From: Azolla caroliniana
Lineage: Eukaryota > Plantae > Polypodiophyta
Direction of reading: 5' to 3'
Length of the DNA: 64,000 nt
NCBI GenBank assembly: GCA_043228905.1
Contig: JBHGNT010000016.1
Span: 18,724,001 to 18,788,000 of the forward strand
Positions 1 to 12,834 of the stretch are shown here, one piece after another (positions within the stretch are counted from its first letter, which is position 1; each line of letters opens with the position of its first letter). The notes under the pieces are model-generated. The model saw only the letters and a list, made by a program, of their open reading frames with translations, searched no databases and was not told the origin of the DNA. Made by a program: the position numbers and the translations under genes.

Positions 1-289
1 AAGAGTCTAAAGAAGGGGAGGATTACTTTTAATCCTCGGGATTGAGACAACCCATGAGGCCAAGTGTGAACATGGCTGGGGGCCTTGAGAATTACTATAA
101 ATAAGAGGCCTAGCTACCCTCATTTCATCATGCATTGACTACGTCGAGACTCTGTCCGTGAGTGGAACGACTCTTGTAGCAAGCGCGCTATCATCCAGGT
201 ACGACTCGACGCCAAGGCGGTGGTATGGGACGCCGATCGAGGCTCGAGTCCGTCTCGATCCCTTCGCTCGGGGGTGGTCGGGTGGATCG
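1..289 (+). repeat. Partial LTR of gypsy chromovirus family G1, fused to inverted pol
   Basis: Matches 5506-5794 (LTR 5423-5887) base for base as far as read; switches at TCG (287-289) into minus-strand RT sequence. Confidence 0.93.
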
Positions 290-3065
290 CAAAAACCCCA
301 CAAAACCAAGGAATGATCGAACTTCTCGAATATTCCGAAGAGTGGGCCAAAGCTTGATTTTCTCAATGCGAGAAGGATCAATTTCAACTCCTCGTTCGGT
401 TATGAGATGTCCTAGATAAGTAATTGATTTCTTGAAGAACTCACATTTTGAGATCTTCGCATAAAACTGTTTGTCACGCAATGTTTGTAAAACAAAGCGG
501 ACATGTCTAGCATGTTCTTGTAATGTACGGCTATATACTAAAATATCATCCAAGAAAATAACGACAAATTTTCCAAGTTGTTCTCGGAAAATGTCATTCA
601 TTTCTTGTTGAAAAGTAGCCGGAGCATTAGTCAAACCAAAAGGCATAACCAAAAACTCGTAATGGCCATCGCGCGTACGAAATGCCGTTTTAGGAACATC
701 GTCCTCACTTATTCGTATTTGATGGTAGCCAGTACGGAGATCAAGTTTCGTAAAATACCGAGCTCCCTGGAGACGGTCAATTAGATCGTCAGCCCGGGGC
801 AATGGATACGAATTCTTGATCGTCACTTTATTCAAGCGTCGGTAATTAATACACATACGCCATGTGCCCTCTTTCTTTTTAACCAAGAGAACTGGTGCAC
901 CCCATGGAGATTTACTATAACGTATATAACCCATTCGTAAATAGTCCTTGAGTTGCTTAGATACCTCATCTTCTTCGGATCGACTTAAGCGATACGGAGG
1001 TATACTTATTGGTGCAACACCAGGTACAATATCTATACGATGGTCTATATTACGTTTAGGAGGTAACCCATCAGGTAGTTCACTTGGAAAAACATCATGA
1101 AAATCATTTATGATTTCATCAGTTGTTGTTGTTCAAAATATGTTAATTGAATCGGGACATTATCGATATTGTAAACGTGAATGTCCGGATCAAGTACACA
1201 ATAAAATAACGTAGAACAAGACAACTCAGATATTGATGGACACGAGGAAACAATCGAGAGGGATTGTTTTTTTACACATTGAATAAAATGCGTACAATCG
1301 TTCAGTACAAAAGAAATGGAATGACGAACCCAATCAATAAATAAAGAAGAGTTTTTATTATAAAACCAGGGATAACCCAGTATTACATCGGTGGTACAAA
1401 GATTCATTACATGGAAGTCTACTTCCTCTATATAAGTATCAATAGACATTCCTAATGAATGAATCGCCCGTTGATGTATTGTACTCTTCCATCAGCCAAG
1501 TGCACCGTGTAGGTGTGATCACTTACGGTGGGTTGGATTCCCCATATCTGAACCAAACGATCATTCACAAAATTGTGTGAGCTTCCCGAATCAAATAAAA
1601 TTGTACGGGAGATCCATTGATATACCCGTTTGCACGTAGTAAATCATTGGGACCCAATACATAGTGAGGGAAAGAACATTGACAATTACTTAAATGATGT
1701 GTATAGACCTGAAGGACATTAGGAATCTGACCTTTATGGTCTGCAGCTTTAGCTTTGTTGTCGTGCTCTTTCTGTTGGAGCTTTCGACATTGATCTTTTG
1801 TATGACCCTTCTTTTTGCAGAATACACAAAAGGATGTTGTCGCTTACAATCGCGATCCAGGAATTCGTTGGGTGTCTTGCGTTTCCAACAAATTGCAACT
1901 GCTTAGTCCGGGCGCTTCGTTGGGTTTGTTATGGTCCTTCTTCGAAGTGCGTTGATAGCGAAGAACTATTTCAACGGCCTCTTCGAAGGATTTTGGATCC
2001 TTATCGTGCACTATCCAGTGATAGTCCGAATTGGGGATGCCATTGAGAAACAAGCTATCAACCAATTGTCTCCTTCTAGACCCGATTTTTGGATTTGGGT
2101 TCTAGCATGGTGAACATAGTCTTCTAGCGAGGAAAATTTCCTGCTAGAGAGGTTCATTAAAGCTTGTGCTGCCTCGGTTCGAGAGGGAGGTTGCAGAAAT
2201 TGGCCCTTAAAAACCGTGACAAAATAGTCCAGGTATCGGGCAATTTCCCCATAGTACGGAGGCCACGCCACCAGGCGGCGGCCTTACCCCCGAGTTCTCG
2301 GCCGACATATGCAATCTTCGTACTATCTGGCGTGGGATAGAGCTCAAAATGAGACTCCCATCGTCCCAGCCATGTGCAGATTGCTTCTTCGGTTCTTTCC
2401 TTTTTGTCTCCCGTAAATGGCTTAACGACAAATGATGGTTCACCTTGTCGCTCATCAGGTCTATTAGTCTCACGTTGTAGACTAATGACACGTGCCTCAA
2501 GAGCACTCTGAGATTGCCGAAGTTCGGTCATCTGTTGAGCGGTGAAACTAAGGAATTGGGTTATTTGTGCCAAATACATCTCAGTGGACATTTGTCCAGG
2601 AGGATTCCCTTGAGTTCCTTCCGCTTGAGCGGATGACATCGGGTCGTTAATTTGAGCCATTAAAGATTATTTCTGGAAAGAAATAGGATAAGGTCAGAGA
2701 TATAGTCATAACATCATGTCGTGATGTAAACATATCATGGGCGAGCATTAATCGATATCATTATCTCACGTCAATACCCCTCTAGACGTATGAGATGAGG
2801 TTCGAGATCAGGTTACTATGGTAACACAAAGGTGTTTTAAAAACCATGGGGGTGACAAATAAATGTCTTTCCCTGATCTTTATATCGATTTTTTCATGGT
2901 GGCTCCCGAGGCTCAACCATGTATGTTCGCGTCATGAATAGTTTATACACGAAAAAAAATGTTAACAATAAACTATGTTTCGGTGCCCACATAAGTGGTT
3001 TCGGCTCTTTAAGTCCTATTACGAGGACCCGAGGTGCACTTAGACCTTAAGTCTAAACATGTGGT
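290..3065 (-). mobile_element. Ty3/gypsy chromovirus G1 copy 1: part of leader, gag, protease, RT (frameshifted, truncated in RT)
   Basis: ORFs 2157-2660 (gag), 1108-1449, 191-934 ([18 protein letters not shown]); collinear with about 7010-9795. Confidence 0.93.
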
Positions 3066-3111
3066 TTCGGAGTTATTACCTCGATTCGTTCGAAATGATA
3101 TGCGTTGGATT

Positions 3112-4401
3112 TGGTATCAGATTTTTGTACTAATGTTTCTTTGTTTTTCATTTGTCTTTTGATTGATGCTGATCGATCGTTGTGCGGTTGGCCTTGATCC
3201 AGACAACGATCAACAAAGAACTTCGGTAACTCTTTCCATAATTTTCTTTCTATTCTCTCTTCTCCCATCAAATCATGTGTTTAGTTTATATGTAATTTTT
3301 TTTCATTAAGTCAATGATGTTGTAGTGGTCTTTAATTGATTATCTAAAACGTTTACATATGTGCACGAGGTCAATACCTCGTTTGACATATTAATAATAT
3401 GTGATGAGTGTCGTATGCGTACGAGGTTAATACCTCAATTACGTATTACGTTCACGAACATATGTTACGTTTGCGTATGAGTTTAATACCTTGATTTGTT
3501 GTAAACGATATGCGATTTGGTCTCGTATGCGTAAGAGGTCAATACCTCCATTGCGTATTACGATGATCTCTTATTTGTGGATGTTTTCGTGTGCGAAAAG
3601 GTATATACCTCGATTACGTAATCTCGATCACATCATTTGTGGCTATTTTCTATAACGATATGTTGAATATAGGCATATGTGGTCACATATATACGTATTT
3701 GATCGTATATATGTGATAAGTAAAATATGTGTATATTCGTTATTACGTGATTATATCGAAAGTTGTCATGATCGGGGAAAAGGATGTTGGTGGCCGTCCT
3801 CACTTTTTGTGAGAGATGGCGTTGTCACCATCCTTTTTCAACATTTTTTTATTGTTGATAACCCCGTTGACGACCTCGATTTCGTTACGTAAAGAAACGC
3901 CAATAGCCAAAATGATGTTGAGTACGTAGGCTTGACCCACTTCAAGTGAGGTCGCTCCAATGACGCGCGTATCCAACATCCCTCCCTCGTTACATGGATA
4001 CGATGCCACCATGAGCTCGTTCTTACGAGAGGCATTCGTAATGACGTGACCATGTGATGGCCCACGTGAGCTACTACGAAACAAGGCTCATTTGGCTTCA
4101 CCATTAGGTTGCACTTTGGCGTATGCCATCGTAATTACGAGACTTGAGGTTAGGTAACGTACCAACATAGTTTTGGTAAATGAGGGCGAAATAAGGACCT
4201 TGACATATATGTTCTTTTAAAAAAACATATATGATCAATTGCCTCGCATATCTCTTACGCATCAAACATTAAACATTCGAGAAGACCAACTTACTTGGTT
4301 GGCTCAAGTGTTTAATGTATTTGTTCTCGAGGTCTCGAGTTCAAATATGACCAAGACCATACAACATCCTTGATACATATGACTATACCACATGTTTAGA
4401 C
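3112..4401 (+). mobile_element. G1 PBS plus 5' leader in inverted orientation
   Basis: Starts TGGTATCAGA at 3112; diverged reverse complement of about 9786-11054. Confidence 0.85.
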
Positions 4402-4501
4402 NNNNNNNNNNNNNNNNNNNNNNNNNNNNNNNNNNNNNNNNNNNNNNNNNNNNNNNNNNNNNNNNNNNNNNNNNNNNNNNNNNNNNNNNNNNNNNNNNNN
4501 N
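4402..4501. other. Assembly gap (100 N)
   Basis: Run of N. Confidence 1.
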
Positions 4502-4503
4502 AA

Positions 4504-5422
4504 TTTCGTTTTTACGGGTTACCGATGGATATCGTGAGTGACCGAGATCCAAAGTTTACTAGTGACTTCTGGACGCAAGTCTTTAAGAAGTTAGAAACTA
4601 CGTTGAGCATGAGCTCCACGGATCATCCTCAATCCGATGGACAGACAGAACGAGTAAATCAAATTATTGAGGACATGCTTCGAGCATACGTTGGTGCAAA
4701 ACCAACAAAATGGGAACGTTACCTCCCAATTTTGGAGTTTGCTTATAACAGCTCCAAGCATACGTCGACGGGATATAGTCCTTTTATGTTGATGTATGGA
4801 TTATAGCCACGAGCCCCGATTCATGTTAATATACATCATGATGAGTTGCGAAGTACGCAAAACTTTCTTCGGGATATGCAAGATATGTTGCATATTGCAC
4901 GGGATAATATAAAAACAGCTCAGGATAGAGCGCGTTTTTATGCCGATCATCATAGGCAACCTCGTGTATTCAGCCCTGGACAGAAGGTATTTTTACGTGT
5001 ACCTCACAATTCTAAGACATTGTCTACGGGTAAGTGCGCTAAGTTAGCCCCACGGTTTTGTGGACCTTTTACAGTCCTCAAACGCATTGGGTCATCAGCC
5101 TATCGTCTCGCTCTTCCCGATGGTGTCGGAATTCATCCAGTCTTTCATGTAAGTCGTCTAAAATAACTTCTAGGTTCTGGCGACAATACAGTTACAACTG
5201 AAACTCTGGTTACTTCTGAAGATTTATCTTCTAAACCACATGTACCAGAAAGAATTCTCGATGTTAAAACAAAAAAATTACGTACTAAGGAAATCCGAGA
5301 ATTTAAAATAAAATGGATGGATAAATCAATCAAAGATGCCACATGGGAACGCGAAACGACACTAACAACTAACTTCCCTAACTTTCCATTGCAAGAGTGC
5401 AATGTTTTAAAGAGGGGGAGTA
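4504..5422 (+). pseudogene. G1 integrase C-terminal half, chromodomain and PPT (inverted relative to the rest of copy 2)
   Basis: FRFYGLPMDIVSDRD...HPQSDGQTER, GPF motif, chromodomain PERILD..KIKW..DATWE; stops at 4804 and 5164; PPT AGAGGGGGAG 5411-5420. Confidence 0.92.
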
Positions 5423-5887
5423 TGTTACGGGCATGACCATATAATATCCCGTGGTGAGAATTGTCGTAGTATTCTATACACGTGGATAAGTGTGAGGGTT
5501 AAACAAAGAGTCTAAAGAAGGGGAGGATTACTTTTAATCCTCGGGATTGAGACAACCCATGAGGCCAAGTGTGAACATGGCTGGGGGCCTTGAGAATTAC
5601 TATAAATAAGAGGCCTAGCTACCCTCATTTCATCATGCATTGACTACGTCGAGACTCTGTCCGTGAGTGGAACGACTCTTGTAGCAAGCGCGCTATCATC
5701 CAGGTACGACTCGACGCCAAGGCGGTGGTATGGGACGCCGATCGAGGCTCGAGTCCGTCTCGATCCCTTCGCTCGGGGGTGGTCGGGTGGATCGGCACCC
5801 TTCTTTCTCTCTTTTCTCTCTATTCTTTCTAGATCTATCATTGATATATCCTTATTTTATGCTTACTTTAGTACCTAATCTCTAATA
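5423..5887 (+). repeat. G1 3' LTR (465 bp, TGTTA...TAATA)
   Basis: Follows the PPT; reverse complement of 11057-11521. Confidence 0.95.
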
Positions 5888-8292
5888 ATTAACTCATCAA
5901 CGAATTGGTAAGCCAATTCAGGAGTTGTTACCGTGGTTTTAGTAGCAATAAATCTGGCCATTTTAGTCAGTCTGTCAACCACAACCCATATGGCATCATG
6001 ACCTTTTTGGGTGCGAGGAAGGCTAACAATAAAATCCATGGATATACTTTCCCACTTATTATTGGGAATGTCCAAGGGATGTAAAAGTCCTGCGGCTTTA
6101 AGTCGCTCGGCTTTGTTAACCTGACATTGGTGACATTTAGTCACATAGCTATGTATGTCAGGACGCATCTTAGGCCAATAAAATTGAGTGGAGATGAGAA
6201 CGAGTGTACGATGTATTCCAGGGTGCCCTGCTGAGGGTGCATCATGGCATTCAAAAAGAATTCTCTTTTTGACCTCAGGTAAATCTGGAACACAAACCTT
6301 CCCATTACGGTAGAGCAGACCGTTAGCAATGTGGAAGTATTCCTTCGAGGGTGTGGTGGTGTCTGTTCCAGACTCGACTCTTGCCCAGTATTTTGCAAAA
6401 TAATTGTCATCAGGATACTTTCCTCGAAGGTGATCATAAAGATCTGATGTTATTTCAGTGAAGCTAAGCATGTTAACTTCACGGATGCGACTTAGTGCAT
6501 CAGCGACAGTATTCATGGAACCTTTACGATATCGTATGGAAAAATCAAAGTTCTGGATGAGATCAGCCCATCGTGCCTTACGACCTTTCAGGTCTTGTTG
6601 GTCACAAAAATATTTCAAGGACTCGTGGTCCGTAGTTACCACAAAGCGATTTCCATAAAGATAATGGCGCCATGTTTTGAGCGCATGTATAACCGCAAAT
6701 AATTCCTTTTCTTGAACGGTATACCGACATTGAGCAGAATCAAGTTTCTTACTCTCGAATGCTATTGGTTTACCATCTTGATACAAGACAGCACCTATAG
6801 CATAATCGCTTGCGTCGGTTTCAACCTCAAAAGGTTTTGAAGGATCGGGTAAAAGAAGTGAAGGAGCCTTGCATACCAAGTCCTTGAGTTCCTTAAAGGC
6901 GAGGTCTAGTGTAGCATTCCACACAATAGGTTTTGTAGACTTACGCGTTTGACCTTTTAGAAGATCAGTAAACGGCGTCGTCAATTGTGAGTAATTACGA
7001 AGAGATTTTCGCAAAAATCCGACAAAACCAAGGAATGATCGAACTTCTCGAATATTCCGAAGAGTGGGCCAAAGCTTGATTTTCTCGATGCGAGAAGGAT
7101 CAATTTCAACTCCTCGTTCGGTTATGAGATGTCCAAGATAAGTAATTGATTTCTTGAAGAACTCACATTTTGAGATCTTCGCGTAAAATTGTTTGTCACG
7201 CAATATTTGTAAAACAAAGCGGACATGTCTAGCATGTTCTTGTAATGTACGGCTATAAACTAAAATATCATCTAAGAAGATAACGACAAATTTTCCAAGT
7301 TGTTCTCGGAAAATGTCATTCATTTCTTGTTGAAATGTAGCCGGAGCATTGGTCAAACCAAAAGGCATAACCAAAAACTCATAATGGCCGTAGCGCGTAC
7401 GAAATGCTGTTTTAGGAACATCGTCCTCACTTATTCGTATTTGATGGTAGCCAGTACGGAGATCAAGTTTCGTAAAATACCGTGCTCCCTGGAGACGGTC
7501 AATTAGATCGTCAGCCCGGGGCAATGGGTACGAATTCTTGATCGTCACTTTATTCAAGCGTCGGTAATTAATACACATACGCCATGTGCCCTCTTTCTTT
7601 TTAACCAAGAGAACTGGTGCACCCCATGGAGATTTACTATAACGTATATAACCCATTCGTAAATAGTCCTTAAGTTGCTTAGCTACCTCATCCTCTTCAG
7701 ATCGACTTAGGCGATACGGAGGTATACTAATGGGTGCAATGCCAGGTACAATATCTATACGATGGTCTATATTACGTTTAGGAGGTAAACCATCAGGTAG
7801 TTCACTCGGAAAAACATCACGAAAATCGTTTACGATTTCATCAAGTTGTTTTTGTTCAAAATATGTTAATTGACCCGAGACATTATCGATATTGTAAACG
7901 TGAATGTCCGGATCAAGTACACAATAAAATAACGTAGAACAAGACAACTCGGATATTGATGGACACGAGGAAACAATCGAGAGGGATTGTTTTGTTACAC
8001 ATTGAATAAAATGCGTACAATCGTTGAGTACAAAAGAAATGGAATGGCGAACCCAATCAATAAATAAAGAAGAGCTTTTATTATAAAACCAGGGATAACC
8101 CAGTATTACATCGGTGGTACTAAGATTCATTACATGGAAGTCTACTTCCTCTATATAGGTATCAATAGAAATTCCTAAAGAATGAATCGCCCCGTTGATG
8201 TGTTGTACTCTTCCATCAGCCAAGTGCACCGTGTAGGTGTGATCACTTACGGTGGGTTGGATTCCCCATATCTGTACCAAACAATCATTCAC
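5875..8292 (-). CDS. pol: G1 copy 2 Pol (protease C-part, RT, RNase H, integrase N-half; truncated by inversion)
   Basis: 805-aa ORF with [16 protein letters not shown] zinc finger, SMDFI; reads into the inverted LTR. Confidence 0.95.
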   Translation of the reverse strand: MNDCLVQIWGIQPTVSDHTYTVHLADGRVQHINGAIHSLGISIDTYIEEVDFHVMNLSTTDVILGYPWFYNKSSSLFIDWVRHSISFVLNDCTHFIQCVTKQSLSIVSSCPSISELSCSTLFYCVLDPDIHVYNIDNVSGQLTYFEQKQLDEIVNDFRDVFPSELPDGLPPKRNIDHRIDIVPGIAPISIPPYRLSRSEEDEVAKQLKDYLRMGYIRYSKSPWGAPVLLVKKKEGTWRMCINYRRLNKVTIKNSYPLPRADDLIDRLQGARYFTKLDLRTGYHQIRISEDDVPKTAFRTRYGHYEFLVMPFGLTNAPATFQQEMNDIFREQLGKFVVIFLDDILVYSRTLQEHARHVRFVLQILRDKQFYAKISKCEFFKKSITYLGHLITERGVEIDPSRIEKIKLWPTLRNIREVRSFLGFVGFLRKSLRNYSQLTTPFTDLLKGQTRKSTKPIVWNATLDLAFKELKDLVCKAPSLLLPDPSKPFEVETDASDYAIGAVLYQDGKPIAFESKKLDSAQCRYTVQEKELFAVIHALKTWRHYLYGNRFVVTTDHESLKYFCDQQDLKGRKARWADLIQNFDFSIRYRKGSMNTVADALSRIREVNMLSFTEITSDLYDHLRGKYPDDNYFAKYWARVESGTDTTTPSKEYFHIANGLLYRNGKVCVPDLPEVKKRILFECHDAPSAGHPGIHRTLVLISTQFYWPKMRPDIHSYVTKCHQCQVNKAERLKAAGLLHPLDIPNNKWESISMDFIVSLPRTQKGHDAIWVVVDRLTKMARFIATKTTVTTPELAYQFVDELIIRD

Positions 8293-9482
8293 AAAATTGT
8301 GTGAGCTTCCCGAATCAAATAAAAATTGTACGGGAGATCAATTGATATACCCGTTTGCACGTAGTGTAAATCATTGGGACCCAATACATAATGAGGGAAA
8401 GAACATTCACAATTACTCAAATGATGTGTATAGACCTGAAGGACATTAGGAATCTGACCTTTATGGTCTGTAGCTTTAGGTTTGGCGTCGTGCTCTTTTC
8501 GTTGGAGCTTACGACATTGCTCTTTTGTATGACCCTTCTTTTTGCAGAATACGCAAAAAGGATGTTGTCGCTTATAATCGCGATCCATGAATTCGTTGGG
8601 TGTCTTGCGTTTCCCAGCGAATTGCGACTGCTTAGTCCCGGGCGCTTCGTTGGGTTTGTTATGGTCCTTCTTCGAAGTGCGTTGATAGCGAAGAACTATC
8701 TCAACGGCCTCTTCGAAGGATTTTGGATCCTTATCGTGCACTATCCAGTGATAGTCCGAATTGGGGATGCCATTGACAAAACAAGCTATTAACCAATTGT
8801 CCCCTTCTAGACCCGATTTTTGGATTTGGGTTCTAGCATGGTGGACATAGTCTTCTAGCGAGGAAAACTTCCTGCTAGAGAGGTTCATTAAAGCTTGTGC
8901 TGCCTCGGTTCGAGAGGGAGGTTGTAGAAATTGACCCTTGAAAACTGTGACAAAGTCTGTCCAGGTCTCGGGCAATCTCCCCAAAGTTCGGAGCCCACGC
9001 CACCAAGCGGCGGCCTTACCCCCTAGTTCTCGGCCGACATATGCAATCTTCGTACTATCTGGCGTGGGATAGAGCTCAAAATGAGACTCCCATCGGCCCA
9101 GCCACGTGCAGATTGCTTCTTCGGTTCTTTCCTTTTTATCTCCCGTAAATGGCTTTACGACAAATGATGGTTCACCCTGACGCTCATCAGGTCTATTAAT
9201 CTCATTTTGGAGACTAATGACTCGTGCCTCGAGAGCACTTTGAGATTGCCGAAATTCGGTCAACTGCTGCGCGGTTGAACTAAGGAAATGTTGTACTTGT
9301 AAAATATACGCCTCAATGGACATTGTCCCAGGAGGATTTCCTTGAGGTCTTTCCGCTTGAGCGGAGGGCATCGGGTCGTTATTCTGAGCCATTGAATGAT
9401 TATTTCTGGCAAAGAAATAAGATAAGGTCAGACAAATAGTCATAACATCTTGTCGTGGTGTAAACATATCATGGGCAAACAT
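8289..9482 (-). CDS. gag: G1 copy 2 Gag (probable start near 9392)
   Basis: Retrotransposon gag-like ORF with zinc knuckle [14 protein letters not shown] directly upstream of protease (FDSGSSHNF). Confidence 0.9.
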   Translation of the reverse strand: MFAHDMFTPRQDVMTICLTLSYFFARNNHSMAQNNDPMPSAQAERPQGNPPGTMSIEAYILQVQHFLSSTAQQLTEFRQSQSALEARVISLQNEINRPDERQGEPSFVVKPFTGDKKERTEEAICTWLGRWESHFELYPTPDSTKIAYVGRELGGKAAAWWRGLRTLGRLPETWTDFVTVFKGQFLQPPSRTEAAQALMNLSSRKFSSLEDYVHHARTQIQKSGLEGDNWLIACFVNGIPNSDYHWIVHDKDPKSFEEAVEIVLRYQRTSKKDHNKPNEAPGTKQSQFAGKRKTPNEFMDRDYKRQHPFCVFCKKKGHTKEQCRKLQRKEHDAKPKATDHKGQIPNVLQVYTHHLSNCECSFPHYVLGPNDLHYVQTGISIDLPYNFYLIREAHTIL

Positions 9483-11042
9483 TAATCGATATCATGATCT
9501 CACGTCAATACCCCTCTAGACGTATGAGATGAGGTTCAAGATCAGGTTACTATGGTAACACAGAGGTGTTTTAAAAACCATGGGGGTGACAAATGAATGC
9601 CTTTCCCTGATCTCTATATCGATTTTTTTCATGGCGGCTCCCCGAGGCTCAACCATGTATGTTCGCGTCATGAATAGTTTATACACGAAAAAAATGTTAA
9701 CAATAACTATGTTTCTGTGCCCACATATGTGGTTTCGGCTCTTTAAGTCCTATTACGAGGACCCCGAAGTGCACTTAGACCTAAAGTCTAAACATGTATT
9801 ATAGTCATATGTATCAACGATGTTGTATGGTGTTGGTCATATTTGAACTCGAGACCTCGAGGACAAATACATTAAACACTTGAGCCAACCAAGTAGATTG
9901 CGCGTCTTGAATGTTTAATGTTTGAGGCGTATTCGAGATATGCGAGGCATTTGCCCCTATATGTTTTTTTTAAAAGAAACATATAGGTCAAGTGGCCTTA
10001 TTTCTCCCTCATTTATTACCCACTATGGTTGTACGCTACCTAACCTCAAGCCTCGTAATTACGATGGCATATGCCAAAGTGTAACCTAATGGTCAAGCCG
10101 AATGAGCCCTTGTGTCTTCGTAGGCTCATGTGGCCCATCACATGGTCACGTCATTACGAATGCCACTCGTAAGAACGAGCTCATGGTGGCATCGTATCCA
10201 TGTAACGAGGGGAGATGTTGGATACGTGTGTCATTAGAGCGACCCTACTTGATGTGGATCAAGCCTGACGTATTCAACATCATTTTGGCTATACGAGGTT
10301 CGTTACGTAACGAAATATCAAAGTGACCAACGGGAATTTCAACAATAAAAATTGTTGATAAAAGGGATGGTGACAACGCCATTCTCACAAAAATGTGAGG
10401 ACGGCCACCAAAATCCTCTCCCCAATTAGGAAAACATTTGATATGAATCACGTAATCTAAAATATACACATATGTCAATATATCACATATATACGATCAG
10501 AGACGTATATAAGTGACCACATATGCGTATACTAAATGAATCATTTTTTTTATATAGCCAACAATGATGTATTCGGGATACGTAATCAAGGCATATACCT
10601 CTACGCACACGAAACATCCGAAAATAAGGTTAAGCGTAATTCGCAATTGAGGTATTGACCTCTTACGCATACCAAACCCAACGCATATCATTTCGAACGA
10701 ATCGAGGTATTGACCTCGTACGCGAACGTAACATATGTTCGTGAACGTAATACGCAATTGAGGTAGTAACCTCGTACGCATACGACACTCATCACATATG
10801 ATTTATATGTCAAACGATAACCAATTAAATACCACTTCAACATCATTGAATATATGAAAAAAAAACTACATATTAAGTATACACATGTATAGAAGGGAGA
10901 AGAAAAATTAGATAAAAAAAATTAAGGAAAATTTACCGAAGTTCTTTCGCTAATCCTTGTCTGCATGAAGGCGACCGCACAACGATCAATCGCCATCCCA
11001 CGCGAAGACAAAAAGAAAACCAAAAGAAACGTTAGTACATAT

Positions 11043-11054
11043 GCTCTGATACCA
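11043..11054 (-). promoter_or_regulatory. Primer-binding site, tRNA-iMet type
   Basis: TGGTATCAGAGC 2 nt inside the LTR end. Confidence 0.95.
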
Positions 11055-11056
11055 AT

Positions 11057-11521
11057 TATTAGAGATTAGGTACTAAAGTAAGCATAAAATAAGGATATAT
11101 CAATGATAGATCTAGAAAGAATAGAGAGAAAAGAGAGAAAGAAGGGTGCCGATCCACCCGACCACCCCCGAGCGAAGGGATCGAGACGGACTCGAGCCTC
11201 GATCGGCGTCCCATACCACCGCCTTGGCGTCGAGTCGTACCTGGATGATAGCGCGCTTGCTACAAGAGTCGTTCCACTCACGGACAGAGTCTCGACGTAG
11301 TCAATGCATGATGAAATGAGGGTAGCTAGGCCTCTTATTTATAGTAATTCTCAAGGCCCCCAGCCATGTTCACACTTGGCCTCATGGGTTGTCTCAATCC
11401 CGAGGATTAAAAGTAATCCTCCCCTTCTTTAGACTCTTTGTTTAACCCTCACACTTATCCACGTGTATAGAATACTACGACAATTCTCACCACGGGATAT
11501 TATATGGTCATGCCCGTAACA
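11057..11521 (-). repeat. G1 5' LTR (465 bp)
   Basis: TG start at 11521 abutting copia gag; followed by AT and the PBS. Confidence 0.95.
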
Positions 11522-12834
11522 CTTTCCATAGTAGAAGCAAGTGGGCCTCCCCCTTGACTTTGACCTCGTCCCCAATTTTGTCCCGGTTATGGGGACTCCG
11601 ATTCTGGCCTCTTCCCCGGTTATTGTCGTCTTCTGTAACCAAAACCTTCGGATCGTTTCCGGATTCCCAGTCCTTCTGGCGTTGTCCAAAGTGACAACTA
11701 GCATCTCCCAACTATCCGGGAGGGAACCGAGGAGCAGCAACGTGAGTACCTCATCGGCTAGAGGTAATTCCAACGAGGTTGTTTGGTTTATAAGCCCATG
11801 GAAGGCATTCATGTGCTCCGCCATACTGGAGCCGTCTTGATATCTGAGTCTCACCAGCTTTCGGAATACCGAAACTTGATTTACGACATTCTTGTTCTGA
11901 ATCATGATGCATATGTTCTCTCAAAGTTCGTGATCCTTCTTCTCCTCATTGAAGTTGTTGTACAAGATCATGTCGATAAAGGATTGGATGTAGATTGTTG
12001 TCTTCATGTGCATTATCTCCCAAGTTGGAGCATCTATTTTGTCTGGTCTTGCATATCTAATTTGTACCGGTAGCCAGAGATATTTGACCACCAACATGTC
12101 CCTCATCTTCGACTTCCATATTGGGTAGTTGGCACCGGTGAGCTTGAACATGTTGCAGAATGGATCTTCCATATTCTTTTTTTTTTTTTTTTGCCAAAAA
12201 AAGATACTACATTAGTATTAGAAAACCGCCATAAGGCTAAACATACAAGCTATACCGATCCCTTATATTTTTCTCCAGATTGATAGTAATAGTGCTCGGC
12301 CACAACCGAGTCTCAAACACACGATGGAAGAAATAAACAAAAAGTAGCAATGCACTTGACAAGATAGAAGAGACGACACCATATGTTATCGTGGAAAACC
12401 CTAATTGGGAAAAAACCACGGGAGTTCTCTAACTCCAAACAGGATCACTATAGAGGAGGGGTACGAACAATGTGTTTCAGAGTAAACAACCTCAAGCTCT
12501 GTCTTCGCCAATAGGCGGTTACAATAGAAACTGCTTTCTATCTATCTATCTATCTATCTCTCTATACAACACACACACAATAATAATACCAACAACTCAT
12601 TGGACATAGTTGCCCTAGTTATATTTATACTCATATAACTTTAGGACTATTTACAAGTGTGACCTCAACGGTCACGTTCGAACATATTTACTAATATGTT
12701 CCTATTTGCTGGTTCATACCGGATCCGACATGACTCCTTCTAGGTCCATCCGATCCAGTTTCTGGATCACTCCGATCTGCTTCGTTCTTCTCCGGCTTCC
12801 CCGATCCCCATCCGGAGGGACCGATATCTTAACA
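11522..12834 (-). mobile_element. Ty1/copia family C: 5' LTR (about 12210-12834) and decayed gag, interrupted by G1 in the zinc knuckle
   Basis: MEDPFCNMFKLTGANYPIWKSKMRD...RPTCFYYGK homologous to ORF 38117-40069; LTR shares GGTCCCTCCGGATGGG and CTCGGTTGTGGCCGAG with 37420-38159. Confidence 0.88.

Noticed and set aside
3350-3625. CRISPR-like regularly spaced palindromes
   Set aside because: Spacers resemble each other, repeats are degenerate, the context is a eukaryotic retrotransposon leader, and no cas genes are present
5644-5878. Short ORFs recurring at 139-387, 5644-5878 and 11066-11300
   Set aside because: They recur only because they lie in identical LTR copies; no domain evidence
8280-8400. 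Possible programmed gag-pol frameshift in G1 copy 2
   Set aside because: Copy 1 lacks the extra GT near 8365 and reads [12 protein letters not shown] toward the protease, so the shift is a copy-specific indel or sequencing error
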